Source of the DNA: Selaginella moellendorffii
Taxonomy: Eukaryota; Plantae; Lycopodiophyta
Direction of reading: 5' to 3'
DNA: 64,000 nt
Assembly (NCBI RefSeq): GCF_000143415.4
Contig: NW_003314266.1
Span: 2,246,486 to 2,310,485 of the forward strand
Positions 25,888 to 39,064 of the stretch are shown here, piece by piece. Position 1 is the stretch's first letter. Each line of letters opens with the position of its first letter. The position numbers were made by a program, and so were the translations under genes. Below the pieces are notes generated by a model. The model ran no database searches, was not told the origin of the DNA, and saw only the letters and a program-made list of their open reading frames with translations.

Positions 25888-27327
25888 ATGGATTATTTCT
25901 CGCTAGGGCAAAATAGTGCCCCCAAGGCCAGAAGGTATGCGGCTCCTCCTTCCCATCCATTTCCTCCTCCTCCTCCTCCTCCTCTCTCGCTGCCCAACGA
26001 TGCCACACAAGGGAAGAAGAAGAAGCCCGGCGCTAGAACATGGATGAGATTCGACTCCCGTGGCGTATGCGAGCTCCTGGAATGCGATCGCCAGACGATC
26101 ATGAGCCGCGCGGACATCCCAGCTCGTGATCTTCGGATCCTCGGCCCGGTTTTCTCGCATTCTTCCAACATTCTAGGTGAGCATCACTGGAGTACTTCTC
26201 TCTTTTGTTTTGATGCATCGCTTTTCCAGCTCGCGAGAAGGCCATGGTGATCAACCTGGAGTTCATCAAGGCGGTGATCACAGCCGAGGAGGTTTTCATT
26301 CTGGATCCCCGGAATTCTCTGGTGGCTCCATTCGTGGACCAACTCACGCAGCAGCTGGCTCTGGATCAGGGAGCTGGATCTTCTGGCGACACGGTAGCAG
26401 CAGGAGCAGCAGCAGGGACGATGATCGATCCGCGAGGGCCTCTCTGGATGAGAGTGGAGGAAGAGTCTGGCGATGCGCTGCCGTTCGAGTTCCAGGTTTT
26501 GGAGAGCGCCCTCGAGTTTGTGTGTAGCTACCTGGACGCAAAGGTGACGGATCTTGAGCACATTGCCTATCCTGCTTTGGACGAGCTCACTAGAAATGTC
26601 AGCACAGGTAACCTCGAGCACGTCCGCAGCCTCAAGAGCACTCTCACTCACATCACTGCTCGAGTGCAAAAGGCAAGCAATCGCAAAGACAAAGATTTCT
26701 CTTCGACTAACAAGCTTACTCGCTCGTTTCACAGGTTCGTGATGAAGTCGAGCACTTGCTCGACGACGACGAAGACATGGCCGACATGTATCTCTCGCGC
26801 AAGATGGCTTTGCAGCAGCAGCTGGAAGCGTTGCCTCTGGACGATGAGGCCAGCAGCTTGATCATGCCCCACCCGAGCACTCGGACTGCGACCAGCGTCG
26901 CGCTGGGGACTCTGGCGGATGGCAACGACGTCGAAGATCTGGAGATGCTGCTCGAGACGTGCTTCTTGCAGATCGATGGAACTCGCAACAGACTCGTCAC
27001 TGTAAGTTGCAAGGATCGTTTTCTTTCTTCTTTCTCTTATGCCTCTCTTTGCAGCTCCGGGAGTATATCGATGACACTGAAGACTATATCAACATCCAGC
27101 TCGACAACCACAGGAACGAGATGATCCAACTCCAGCTCGTTTTGATCATTGGCGGCTTCGTGATCAGCCTAGCAACGGCAGTGGCTGGAGTTTTCGGGAT
27201 GAACATACCATATGGGATCAATGACGAGAGCGCCTTCTTCATGACAACCGCAGGGACTCTCGCCGCGAGCACCATCATCTTCTTTCTCGTCTATGGCTAC
27301 GCCAGATGGAAAGAGCTGCTCGCCTAA
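25888..27327 (+). CDS. MRS2: MRS2/MGT (CorA-family) magnesium transporter
   Basis: [42 protein letters not shown], and a GMN motif between two TM helices. Confidence 0.93.
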
Positions 27328-27462
27328 GAAGAATGAAACCAAACTACAGCGCTACGTTTGGATTTTCTTGCGCGAAAAAAGAGACCTCGTTCTTTCAGGA
27401 CAAGATCCAGCAAGACTATCCACCTTATTTTCTCAATGATGTAAGCTAAAGGAAGAAGGATC

Positions 27463-27690
27463 TCACATAGAAGCCAGTTGCTGGATGTTGGTGGGATAGA
27501 TGCTGGTAGTGGATCCATTCCAGAGGAAATCAGCAAGGATGTTGTAAACTTTAGCAGTGGGATCGATTTGATCCCAATAAGCATAGTGCTTTGGATCAGA
27601 GCAAGAGGGAAGATTGTAAGCGCAAAAGGATGGAGGATAGTTTGTGTTGTTCCGATAATTCGGGGAGCAACGAGCAGCGTACTCCTGGGT
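27463..27690 (-). pseudogene. Orphan 3' exon of a GDSL lipase/esterase
   Basis: CSDPKHYAYWDQIDPTAKVYNILADFLWNG..IYPTNIQQL matches GDSL block V, but the catalytic His reads Asp. No upstream exons are visible before the TE-rich block. Confidence 0.65.
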
Positions 27691-30600
27691 TAGACAAGAT
27701 GAAAGTATTTGTACTCTAGAAACGAGAACTTTACCGTATGATGTTGGGTTGTGGACAATATCAGGTGATTGTGTATTCAATAACACCATTGTGTTAGAGT
27801 GCTCGATTGGGGCTCTTAGGGCACTGAGCAAATTCTAGATTAAATGTCTACCTTAGAATCGAGAATGCTAATGGCACACCAAGAACAAGGGTTTGATCTA
27901 GTGGAGTAGAATCTCACAGCAACAGCAGGCATTAGATGAAATTATCAATAGATTGATAAGTGTGATCTTGCTTGTGTTTGACGTAATCTTTGAAAATCCT
28001 TTTGTTTTCCTTGTAGTGCAATAACCTAATATTTATCTAATATTTTAAACAAGTAAGAGAATTAGGATTGATGATGTATTTTCTTCTAAAATATGTTCAC
28101 TCATAAGATTACTGCATTCTTTTTTATTTAGAGACTCTTTGATAAGATGTTCGTAGTAATAATTATATTCAGAACACTGAAGCAAAGATAAATTTCCCTC
28201 CCTATGCTCAAAAATTACAAATGGATTTGTGCTACCATATTTAATAGTGTTTGGGCAAACTAAAAGCTTTATTTAATTTTCAAAAACCTTCTCGTCTTAA
28301 TGCTTATCACCCAAAAAAAGGCTTATTAGAAGGTGTAAATTATGTTAGATTATACGATTTCACTAGATATGAGTACATCAGATTCATTTTCTTGGGTTTG
28401 ATTAATCAGCCACCAGATCCAACCACAAGATACCCTCAAACCATGCCTTTACAACTCCAATATTTTATAAATAACAAGAGTAATCTCTCAAATTGGTGCC
28501 ATCAACAATGCATTCTTCTACATATAGTTTGAGATATTATCACTTATTTTGCCCTATTTTCACTAGTCAGTACTCCTTGTGTTTGAGTTCTATTATAGAC
28601 AACATTAATGTACCAGTTTATTATACTAAGGTCATATCTATTTGCACTTCTGACATAAGTAATCCAAGACTAAACATCCAGTTTGTGAGTGGTTATCCTA
28701 TAACCACTTTTTCTATAGCAGGCCCCAAGGTATGAGGAGCATTAACAGTGAAAGAAGCTAAATTATATTTGGATTTGACTGTCATAAATTTGCATTAACA
28801 AGTTCATGTATTAGGAGATTGTATACTACTATTGGGTTTGGTGCAATTGACCTGATCTCTTCTGACATTGTTTGGATAAAATTGTATTGATCCAAACTCA
28901 AAGGCTACCAAAAAAGTGGCCAATACAAATGTCAATCCATAATTATTCATTACAATACCTCGTCCAATTTGATAAGGTCTAAGTGTATGGCTATGGTGTT
29001 TTTGATAAAATTGGTGTCAATCTAGGGTTTTTGAAGTTATATTTTTTATTTAAATTTAACTTTTGTATTGTTTAAATCTCTTTTGTTCCTATAATTTTTT
29101 CATATCTTCTTTTTTGGGTTTTTATCTTCTTTTAGTTCATCTTTATGGCAAAACACCCTCCTTTAACTTTGGAGTAACAATTGATGCAATTTTTGATATT
29201 ATATTGTTACAATTAAATAATCAAACTCAATTGATAGTCATGGTGTAACTCTTCTTACTTTTAGCGGCAATCTTTGTGAAAATTTTAGGAATGATATGTA
29301 TTATTGGTTCAATCATTTTAAAATGATTGCCACATATCATTCTTAATATGATGCTTGATATTTGTACAAGTTTTCAACATCTTTAAGGGATGGTATTACA
29401 ATAATACAATGATTTAAGTGCAATGATTTATGTGGATTAAAGCTTTGTTTTAGATGTTTTTAAGTGCATATTTGGAGATGTTAACAATTGTAACAATGCT
29501 TTCCAACAATTGCACTGTTTCTATTAGAGGCTATGCAATTTAAAGCTTAATACTATCATTTATTTGTGACTATCTTGGATATATATTCTTTTCATCACAC
29601 TACCAATCTTCTAGATAATTTAGGAAGAAGTTATTCGTTTACCAAGTTGGATATTATGAGTTTTTGTGATGCTATTCAGTTTAAACAATATTTTAGTGAC
29701 TTTTCAGCAGATGATGGATGAGCTTCGTTGAAATATGTTAAAGGTAATTGTTGACTTCATAGATAATCCATTTAAAAAGGTCATAGGAAGATCACATCCA
29801 TATTTACAAAGTGTTGGATCAACAGTAAGAAGTTCTTTTAAAGTGAAGTAGTTAAAGTGTGTATTACTCTTAAGTGTGTAAATAATATGTAATGCTTCAT
29901 TGACAAAATGTAATACCTTAATCATTTTATTGATCGTTTTTTTAATTATACTACACCATTACGAGTATTGATGAAGTTCTAAATATCATTTTTTATATGG
30001 TCTAAAGGTTACAAATGGGCATTTATGGATCTCAAGAGGTGTTTATAACTCTTCCAATTTTGGCAAATCCTAACTATACTTAATATTTCATTTGTGCATT
30101 GATGTTTTTAATATTGATATCAAAGAAGTGTTGATGTAAGAAAGTATGAGTGTGTTTAGTTAATATCAACCCATTATATATATCAACTATATATTATAAT
30201 TAATAGAGGTGAACTACTTTACAATAAAGGAGTGTTTAGTAGGGTTTAAAAAGTTTAATATGTACTTGCATAGTTCTTAAACATTGTTAGAAGGTAATCA
30301 TGTTATAGTCACTTCATTATTAAACTGGAAGAACTTAATTAAATATATTATTTGGTGAGCTTCAAAGCTTTAAATTTATAACTTGAACATTATTCATCAC
30401 CCAATAAGTTCTATGATTGATCTTGATGCTTTTTTTCAACCTCCTCTCCTTTCTTCACTCTCTTCTTATGTTCTTAACAAGCTTATTATTCTGGTTATTA
30501 AATTTTTTAAATAAGGATTTTGTGTTGTTAGCAATTATAGTACTAAATATGTAATGTCCATAAGGTGCAAAGCTAGATTTATTGCCTTGATGAGGTTTGA

Positions 30601-31229
30601 AAGACGCAAAGGTTAAATCATGGATTTGAAAATCTTAAGATTGATTTGAGAATCTTGTATTACTTACTGATGACTTGCTATTTTAACACTTACATTCATA
30701 ATATTACTTTGAGTACAACTTCGTTTATGTTATAAAGACTAATCCTAATGATTATTTGTAGTAGATGGTGCCTTCAATTTTTATTTCATACTTTTTTTAT
30801 ACTTACCATGACTCTCCTATCCTATAAGGGCATATGCAACATTATTGTGTGATTAAGAAGTTATATAAATCTTTTTCTTTTTACTAAAGATGTGATGTGA
30901 TATTATCCAATATGTATATAGTTGTGTTTAGTGTTACGCTTGTATACTCCTCATGATGATTAGTTTCAGTTGTAATTTTTTGTCTATTTGAATTAGTGGC
31001 ATTTGATTTAATGAGACTTTTTCCATAATAGATTGTTAGCAATGAAGATATCATTATTGCTTCTAACTCTCTGACTTATAATGCTTTTATTAATATGTTT
31101 ATAACTATTATTAGATAATCAAGTGGTGTCAAGAGCAAATTCTCTCAAATACTTATAAGTAAACATTTGTTTTCCTATAGTTACATCTATGCAAAATAAA
31201 TATTTTCTAGCTAGCAAGTTCACAAGTGC

Positions 31230-31830
31230 ATCCAAGAATGATGTATTTTATGTTTTGACATCTTAGTTGGGGATATATCACACTTTCATGAGTGTTTATC
31301 ATCCATAAACAGATGATTTGATAGAATAATTTATTTGGATATTCAAAGGGATGATTGCAAAGTTCATGAACTTTTAACATTCAAATTGGGATAATTATTT
31401 GTTATATTTTTAGTATATATATGTTACAAAGGTATAGAGTTTATTGAGCACTTAACCCATATACAAATGGGATAATAATAGTACCACAATTCTTATCACC
31501 ATCCAACTATAAAATATAAAGTAGATGATTTAATGTTGATTTATTTTCTCAATCCTATAGTGTATGATTTATCTAAAAGGCTCCTTACTCAATGGAAAGG
31601 ATTGTATTGGGTGTTGCAACAAGTTGGACCATAGTTTAGTATGACATTCAATAGGCTAAAAGAAATATATATAGTAGTTAAAATACTTTATACAAAATGA
31701 TCAAAAACAAGTTGTAACACCTACAAATCCAGGAATGCCCTCCTGATGGTTTGAACTATGCTATATATTATTATTAGTATAATAGGATTTTTATAGCTAT
31801 TAAATTGTTTTCATACCTTTAATATTGTTT
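31230..31830 (+). mobile_element. Degenerate integrase remnant plus LTR start, same family as 13300-14265
   Basis: Nucleotide similarity to 13350-14000 (cacactttcatgagtgtttatcatcca; aaagtagatgatttaatgttgat). TGTAACAC LTR start near 31713. Confidence 0.6.
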
Positions 31831-33615
31831 TTAATGTATATAATTTTTTCTAGAGAATATAATTATATTATATAATTTCTCTATAAATATGAGTCTGAGA
31901 AAAAACATTCCACTAAAGTTTTGTCTAAAGAACTATTCTTTTCATATGGTGCCACTTGATCTCTTCCTGTGTAAGGGCTGCAACATAAGTAAGTATATAA
32001 GTAGGTAAGTCTTTGGGGATGTTAGAGTGACAATGTGGGGATCTAAACATAAAGTCTTTGCTATTCATGTACCTGTGGCTTAACATAAAGGTAAACCTAC
32101 AGCACTTGTGCTTTCTCTTCTGCACACAACCATAGCCACTTGTGGCTGAGAACAAACCTTAAAATATATAAACCTTTATTGAAAATATCCTTAAATATGC
32201 TTGGATGTTTTAGATTTAGCCAGATATGCAGGTACCATCAGGAAAATGAGAGAAATGAGCACTTCAACTGCAAGATCAAGAGAGCATTTTGCAAGTACAC
32301 AGTAGATCGAGATCAAGAACAACTTGCAATGAGGCACTGCTCCACCAGATTAAACACCAGAAAAGAGAAAAAAAAATTATCTCAGTATGTACTTTTTGAT
32401 CCTCACGCCTTTCAAGATCATGTCTTGAAACAGGCCAAGCAATTTGCAGCTCGCAGCTGTGGTGATCATGGCAGTCACGTGGCACCCTCTGAGCAAATGA
32501 ACTTGGCCATTGGAAACAGTGATGCAGATCAGCACATCACATTTTTCTCTGGAGCAGAATTAAATGCTGCTTTCTCCTCTTGGTGCAGATGCCCTTTCTG
32601 GGCATTTTCTGCTAGCATGGCAGGATCGTGTCCCTTTTGTGCAAAGGAACTTTGCTATAGACTTCTGGTCTTGATTAATATTCCCTAGTTTTGTGATCCA
32701 TGTGATGAGCATACAAAAGGTAAACACATGTGTCCTAACTTGAAATCAGTCCAGAGTCATTAACAACGATTTGGATCATAGCATCGAAATGCCCTTCCTT
32801 TCAAAACACTCAAGGGCATCTTCCAAATGCCCAGTCGTGGCAAATGCTGCAGCCATGTCATTCCCTTATCTACTGGAATATTGAAAATGCATGATCAACA
32901 TCTCCAATGCGACCATCAGTTGTAGTCCACAATGCGATATTTGGGCACGGCATGGCTTCAAATATCACTTCTGTGAGAGATGATAAATTCCATGAAGTTT
33001 AACTTCAATTTTGGATCGTCCAACCGAAAACAAATTCGCCATCTTTTTCCTTTCTTTTGCATTTTCCATTATCTGTTTTTTTTTCTAGTCTTTTGGATCG
33101 AAGAAGACTCGTCAAAGCGAGAATCAGCAGGCAGTGTTGTAACCCACAACAGTGGAGCAAATAAAGAGTGACGAGGACCCTCGGCGGTCAACCGTCAGAG
33201 GAACTGCGATTTACTTTGGAAACTTTTTTAAACTCATCTTTCTAGTTGCAAGAGCATTGTTCTAGAACGAACACAACAGACATTGTTGCGGAGGCCAAGC
33301 AGCAGCATGCAGTTGCAGAAACTTGAAAATGCGAAGTGCCATAGCTGGGCATCGAGTAATCACGCCCGTTGGATTCCAAATCCAACACTTGCATTGCATG
33401 CACCGCTGCTAAGTACGAACATCACAAGAACATATCATAAACACTCTGATATGTTATTAAGAGAGTAACAGGAGCACAATTATCACTTCATTTCAAGTCC
33501 CTTATTCACGAGTATGTAAACTTGGACTGCAGCTGTGCTCCTTTTCCCTGACAGCAGCAACAAGTCATAAAAATGGAAAACTTATCCAAAGATTATAACC
33601 TTTGAACGTTGAAGC

Positions 33616-33837
33616 TCAAGGGCAGCACTGAGGGAGGAGTCGTTTCACCAAGGGGATGCGGCAAGCGCAAGTGGGCAAGCGACTGCAGCACTCGGCGATT
33701 TTGGTTGGATCGCCCAAAGCGTTGTTGATGCAAGTCACAATGTCCTGGAGATTGGGTAGGGAGCACTGCGCGCGAGCAAGCGTTGCAACCATGGCGAGCA
33801 CCAGGAGCATGAGCAGCACAGACTTTGCAAAAGCCAT
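33616..33837 (-). CDS. Small secreted 8-cysteine protein (nsLTP/prolamin-like)
   Basis: 73 aa with a signal peptide and a C..C..CC..CAC..CC pattern. TATATAA about 100 bp upstream. Confidence 0.75.
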   Translation of the reverse strand: MAFAKSVLLMLLVLAMVATLARAQCSLPNLQDIVTCINNALGDPTKIAECCSRLPTCACRIPLVKRLLPQCCP

Positions 33838-34179
33838 GGATGGGATTCGAGAGAAAGATGGACGCAACAAAGATGAAGATATAAGAGAAGATGATGGCTT
33901 GGCTTGCTGGTTTGGATGTGGATGGAGGCTTGCCGCTTATATACACCCCCGCAAATGAAATAAAACTCTCTCGTCTGTGATGTCACAGAGGGGGCCAAAG
34001 ATCTTCGTTCCCGGGTCAGCGTTTGTGTAAGTAACGCTTCCCCGCGTCTTACAAAACGGGCTTGGTTTTTGTTTGGCATCGCGATCAATTTCAATGCTTG
34101 CATTCACGTGTTTGCTTTGCCAACTCGACGTCGAATGTGATCGGTGGTGCAAACGTGCAAAGATCCAGGAAGAATTTCC

Positions 34180-35847
34180 ATGGATGCTGTCGAGCTTGTG
34201 AGGTCGTGCTCGAGCCTGGCCGCGGCAAGGGACTTGCACGATCGGATTCGCACGTCTCGCAGCCGCACGGACACTTATGTTCTCCGGAAGCTCGTCGAAT
34301 TGTACGGGAAGCTCGGGGCGCTGAAAGATGCCGAGGATGTCTTTGACACCATCCAGCCCAAGGATTCTTTCTCGTGTAACTACATGATCTCGGCATATGC
34401 CCGAAACGGGAATCTTTACAAGGCGAGGATGCTGTTTGAGGAGATGCCGAAGAGGACGCTAGTGTCGTGGAGTGTGGTATTAACGGCATATTCGCGGGCA
34501 GGGAAACTTGAAGATGCTAAGATTTTGTTCGAAACGATGCCACATTGGGATGTTATCTGCTGGACAGCTTTGCTGGAGGGATATGCCCGAACAGGGCATC
34601 TGGAGGACGCCGAGAGGATTTTCGACGAGATGCCGGAGAGAGATTCCGTGTGCTGGACGTCCATGCTTGGGGCATATGCCGAGAAGGGGCATTTACAAAA
34701 GTCTAAGAGAATGTTTGACAGCATGCCCTCTAGAGATCTCGTTGCATGGACTTGTATGCTCTCTGTATATGCTCAAGCGGGAAAAGCTGACACGGCTGGT
34801 GAAATCTTTGAGAGGATGCCCGAGTGGAACCTTGTTTCGTGGACGTTGATGCTTTGGGCATATGCTCGGTCTGGGAATCTCCAAAAGGCAATGCAAACGT
34901 TTGACAACATGCCCGAAGCGAACTTGGTCTCTTGGAATTGCATTATCAACGCGTGTGCCGAAAGCAAGGATGTTAACAGCGCGAAGGCTCTTTTTGATAG
35001 CATGCCCGTGTGGGATCTCGTCACGCTCACCTCCATGCTAACTGCATATGCTCATAGTGGGCATTATAAAGATGCCATGAATCTTTTTCAAAACATGCCA
35101 GAGAAAGATCTCATATCCTGGAACACAGCCTTAGCAGCCTGCGTTGAGAACAATCAACTCGAAGAGGCGAAGTTCCTGTTTGACACAATGCCACAGTTGG
35201 ACATAACTTCCTGGACTGTGGTGCTTTCGGCATATTCCTTAGCTGGGCATCTGCAAAATGCCAAGTTAATGTTCGATGCCATGCCAGTCCAGGACCTTGT
35301 CTCGTGGAACTGTCTCCTGAGCGGATATGCCGAGGGTGGTCACGTGTCACATGCGGAGAGGCTGTTCAGCCGGATCCCATGCCGCGACCTGGTAACGTGG
35401 ACTGCCATGCTTGGTGCTTATTGTAGGAATTGGCGTCCCAAGAAAGTTTTGTATGTTTTTTCGCTGATGCAAATGTTTGATTTTCCAGATCAGGTGTGTT
35501 TTGCATCAGTGTTGAGCTCTTGCAGCCATTTAGGTAGAGTTTATGATGGAAGATCATATTTTGTCTCCATGGGTTTTGATTTCGGAGTGAAGGCGACAAA
35601 GCAGCATTATTGTTGCATGGTTGACTTGCTCTGTAGGACGGGATACTTGGAAGATGCTAAGAATCTGCTTGTGAACATGCCATTTACAGCCAGTGTTGTT
35701 GACTGGACAAGCTTGCTTGGGGCTTCTAAGACGGCAAGAAATTTGGAGCACGGAGCTAGGGCGGCTAAACAAGCTGTTGAGTGTGATCCTCAAGAGAGTG
35801 TGCCTTATGTGTTGCTTGGAAACATAATTGAAAGTCCTAGTCTTTGA
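34180..35847 (+). CDS. PLS-class PPR protein with E domain (no DYW)
   Basis: Tandem ~31-aa repeats (xxSWxxMLxAYAxxGxxxxAxxLFxxMP), HYCCMVDLL..W..LLGA..YVLL E domain. Intronless. Confidence 0.9.
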   Translation: MDAVELVRSCSSLAAARDLHDRIRTSRSRTDTYVLRKLVELYGKLGALKDAEDVFDTIQPKDSFSCNYMISAYARNGNLYKARMLFEEMPKRTLVSWSVVLTAYSRAGKLEDAKILFETMPHWDVICWTALLEGYARTGHLEDAERIFDEMPERDSVCWTSMLGAYAEKGHLQKSKRMFDSMPSRDLVAWTCMLSVYAQAGKADTAGEIFERMPEWNLVSWTLMLWAYARSGNLQKAMQTFDNMPEANLVSWNCIINACAESKDVNSAKALFDSMPVWDLVTLTSMLTAYAHSGHYKDAMNLFQNMPEKDLISWNTALAACVENNQLEEAKFLFDTMPQLDITSWTVVLSAYSLAGHLQNAKLMFDAMPVQDLVSWNCLLSGYAEGGHVSHAERLFSRIPCRDLVTWTAMLGAYCRNWRPKKVLYVFSLMQMFDFPDQVCFASVLSSCSHLGRVYDGRSYFVSMGFDFGVKATKQHYCCMVDLLCRTGYLEDAKNLLVNMPFTASVVDWTSLLGASKTARNLEHGARAAKQAVECDPQESVPYVLLGNIIESPSL

Positions 35848-35949
35848 ATTTTATAGCTTTATTTATTGCTTTTAGGAATATTACCTTTTCTTGAGTATTT
35901 TTAATTTATTTCTAAGTTCCATTTTTAGATATTTTAGCACTATAGTCAA

Positions 35950-36390
35950 CCTGTCAATAGAGTGCTCTTCAGCTCCAAACTCTTCGTTCGACTTGAAACA
36001 TCAATCTGCCAATGATCCCGTTGAATGAGAACCTCCAGCTCTTCAAACCTGATCCATCTCTCCTGGGTAAGAGTATGTGTGATATGTGGTTCCATCCTCT
36101 TGCAGCAGCACAGCACAGGAATCCCCAATGCTTGCAACAACCTTGGTGGTGGTGATCGAACCCACCATTGCTGTTATTCCAGTTGTCCTTGCTTATTAGG
36201 AAGTTGTAGTCTAACTGCTGCAAGCTCTTTGCTCCCCACTGGAAATTGTTCTCTTTGACAAAGATGACAACCAGAGTCACCACTGTGTCCATCGTTAGTG
36301 TCACAGCACTGCTACCAATGATACTCTCCATAGAACATGTATCTTTCATTGTCTCTCGTAGAACTCTCTCCATGAAGCCAATGTCCTTCC
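35950..36390 (-). pseudogene. Truncated, frameshifted copy of the PP2C at 41627-42520
   Basis: Shared sequence (DTCSMESIIGSSA; ttcagctccaaact; gatccatctc..ctgggtaagagt) with deletions and frameshifts. Confidence 0.75.
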
Positions 36391-36959
36391 ATAAACCACA
36401 TTATGTAATTGCACCTTTTATTATTTGATTAAGTTTTTCATAAAAAATAATTGTTTGGAAAGTTTTGTACTATATTTAAATGACAGTAAGTATTGCCCTT
36501 TAAAATTCATTATCATCATATTCTACACAAATATTACATTCTTAACCTATTTAAAAGGTCTTAAAAGTTTTTATATATTTTTGTTATTTTATAATATAAA
36601 TTTATCATAAATTTCTCTAATTAATAATGTATTTGTGAATAGTATAATACTCAAAATCCATTAACCACCTATCTATCAAATGCTGAGTTTTTATGTAAAA
36701 TATTTCTTAATATAGGTTGAGTTTTGATTGTAATTTAACACTTGGAGGATTTTTTATATATAGAATTATAAATAATTTTTAATAATATTTTTAATTAACT
36801 TAAATTCAATAAACATTGTAAGGTTTGTAAATATATGTACATATTATATGCTTAGGTAATATTCTAATTATAGTACTTGAACCATTCATTTAGAACTATC
36901 CATTCATGTATATTAACAGGGGTTAAACTTCAATTAATATACCTATTCCTATATCCCAA

Positions 36960-37010
36960 ACACTCACATTGGTGGAGGTGAGGGGCATTATAATTTGTCC
37001 CTAGAGGGCA
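36960..37010 (+). mobile_element. LTR end plus PBS-like sequence of the old gypsy family
   Basis: cactcaca TTGGTGGAGGTGAGGGGCA resembles the LTR/PBS junction at ~13090-13110 (minus strand). Confidence 0.45.
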
Positions 37011-38716
37011 AAACTTTTTAACAATGCTTTACTTTAGTGTTTAGGATTGTGCTTTTATTTTTATTCTTTTCTTTTTCTTTTAAATCTAGATTTATATTAA
37101 TTTTTTCCAAGATCTAGAATTCTAATTATTTTTGTGCTTAGATTTTCTCTTCTTTTTGATTTTCATTGCATTCTTTTCTTTTGCACCATCATCAATCAAA
37201 AAGTATATCACTTAAAGATGTTAAAATTACTTTGTTGAATTGAGTTTTTAGTATTATTGGTCATGATTGCATAGTGATATACCCATCTTTACCTTCCATG
37301 GGATGTGATTACACAGATTTTATAATTCTCAATATCCCACTATTTCCTACTGATATAGAGTGTGATCATGACAACAATTGAAAAGGTATGCATAATGCAG
37401 TGTGGTTCTTGAAGAATGCTTGGAGATTAAATTTATGAGAAAACAATGTTTATGAGCTAAAGTGAATTTTAGATTGTGATAAAGAGCTTAATTATAATGG
37501 AAATAGCTTTAGAGATCAATTGAAGATTTTGCAAGGTAATTGTTAATTTTTCAATATGCAATCTAATTCTTTTTCTTTGCTTTTTACTTTTTCCTAACTT
37601 TTTTTAATTTTCTCTACCTAAGCCATCTTTTTAAGTTTTTAATATTTCTTTCTCCTATGCAGTATTTCCTTCTTCTAACACATTGATCATTTAAAACTCT
37701 TATAATTCTTATTCTTAGTACAGTGTTGAGTTGAGTATTTTTTGTACTCCTTATTTTATTTAAATATTGAGCATATCTGTGAAGTTGAGAATTTTATTTT
37801 TGTTTTATTAGCAGAGTCTTTGATCATTTCTAGTGTTTAATATTCCTCCTATTCCAAGAATTGAGTCACTTTTGCCATAGTTTCAAATTGGGTACATATT
37901 TTCAGTTGTAAGTACCACTAAGAGTCTTTAATTTACTATTAGTATTAAGGAGTTTATGTGTTCCTTTGAGAGTGGGAATATTTTTATTGATTTTCCTATA
38001 TCAAGTGTTGAGTTATATATTGAGGAGGTTGAGCAATGTGAATTTTGTGTTTATATTGAGGTGCTTTAAGCATTTTATGACAGAAAGTCTCCTCTTTGAG
38101 CACATATCATTATTTTTATTTCCCCATTTTCACTTTAATAAGTATTGAATTTTTTTTTTCAATGCCTCTTTATCCACTTTTACTTTTCCATAATGTTTAT
38201 TCTTCACTTTTTCTTCTTTGTCTTGATACTTCAAATATATTTTTCTTTTTCAAAGGGGGTAGAGGGGACAAATGTGAGTTTGACCCTAATGATAGATTGA
38301 GGATAAGTGAATATGATAGTGGAGTAAGGACGAATAATATGGATTATGAAGTGAAGACAAATATGATGAGTCTAAATGAAACATTTTACCCCAATGTAAT
38401 GAGGCCAAAGGGATGTGATAGTGAAGTGAGGTTAAATATAAATAGTAGAGTAAGGATAAGCACAACAAATTTGAACGAAACTAATATTTTAAAACTTTTA
38501 TTTTCTTTTGAGGAAGGGATGTAGAAGAAAAATAGAGTGAGTTTGACTTCCTATGTGTGCTGCTAGACAAAGACAAAAATCACAAATCCAAGTTAATATT
38601 AGGTTTTACTTATAGTCATTAATCTAAGTTAATGATTGTCGTAAAGGATTATTAATGGATATAATTAAAAATATGATGTATCATTTTTTATAATGGTGTT
38701 TTATGGACTATAGTGG

Positions 38717-38869
38717 TGTAAGCTTCTGAATTTAGACTTCCCGAAAGATCACCTAACCCAGTACTATTCAAACCCAAAGATATTTAACCCCAAATATCCC
38801 AAAACCCTTAACCGTTTGGAAAAAAGGGTGTACTCTTGTTCATAGACCCTTTCCCTCGAATTTCCAACA
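38717..38869 (-). mobile_element. Diverged solo/partial Cassandra LTR, inverted relative to the array
   Basis: The reverse complement aligns to array LTRs from gggaaaggg to gaacttaca, including the 5S-derived block. Confidence 0.85.
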
Positions 38870-39064
38870 ACCATCTGCCAAGTTTGAGGCAATTATCATG
38901 TTCCAAGACGACATACTCCACTCAGGAAGCTTGTCAAATAGCTTCTTTGCTTGCTAGAAATACTCATTTTGAGCGTAGGCTGCCACTATAGCTTTCAAGG
39001 AGACGATGTCTTCTCAGACTTTGCAGTGGTATGGACGTCCCTACGGAAGATTGATCCACAACAC

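Noticed and set aside
28000-31200. Decayed LINE
   Set aside because: Only a faint QGCPLSP-like trace (KYGCDLP) is present, too weak to call.
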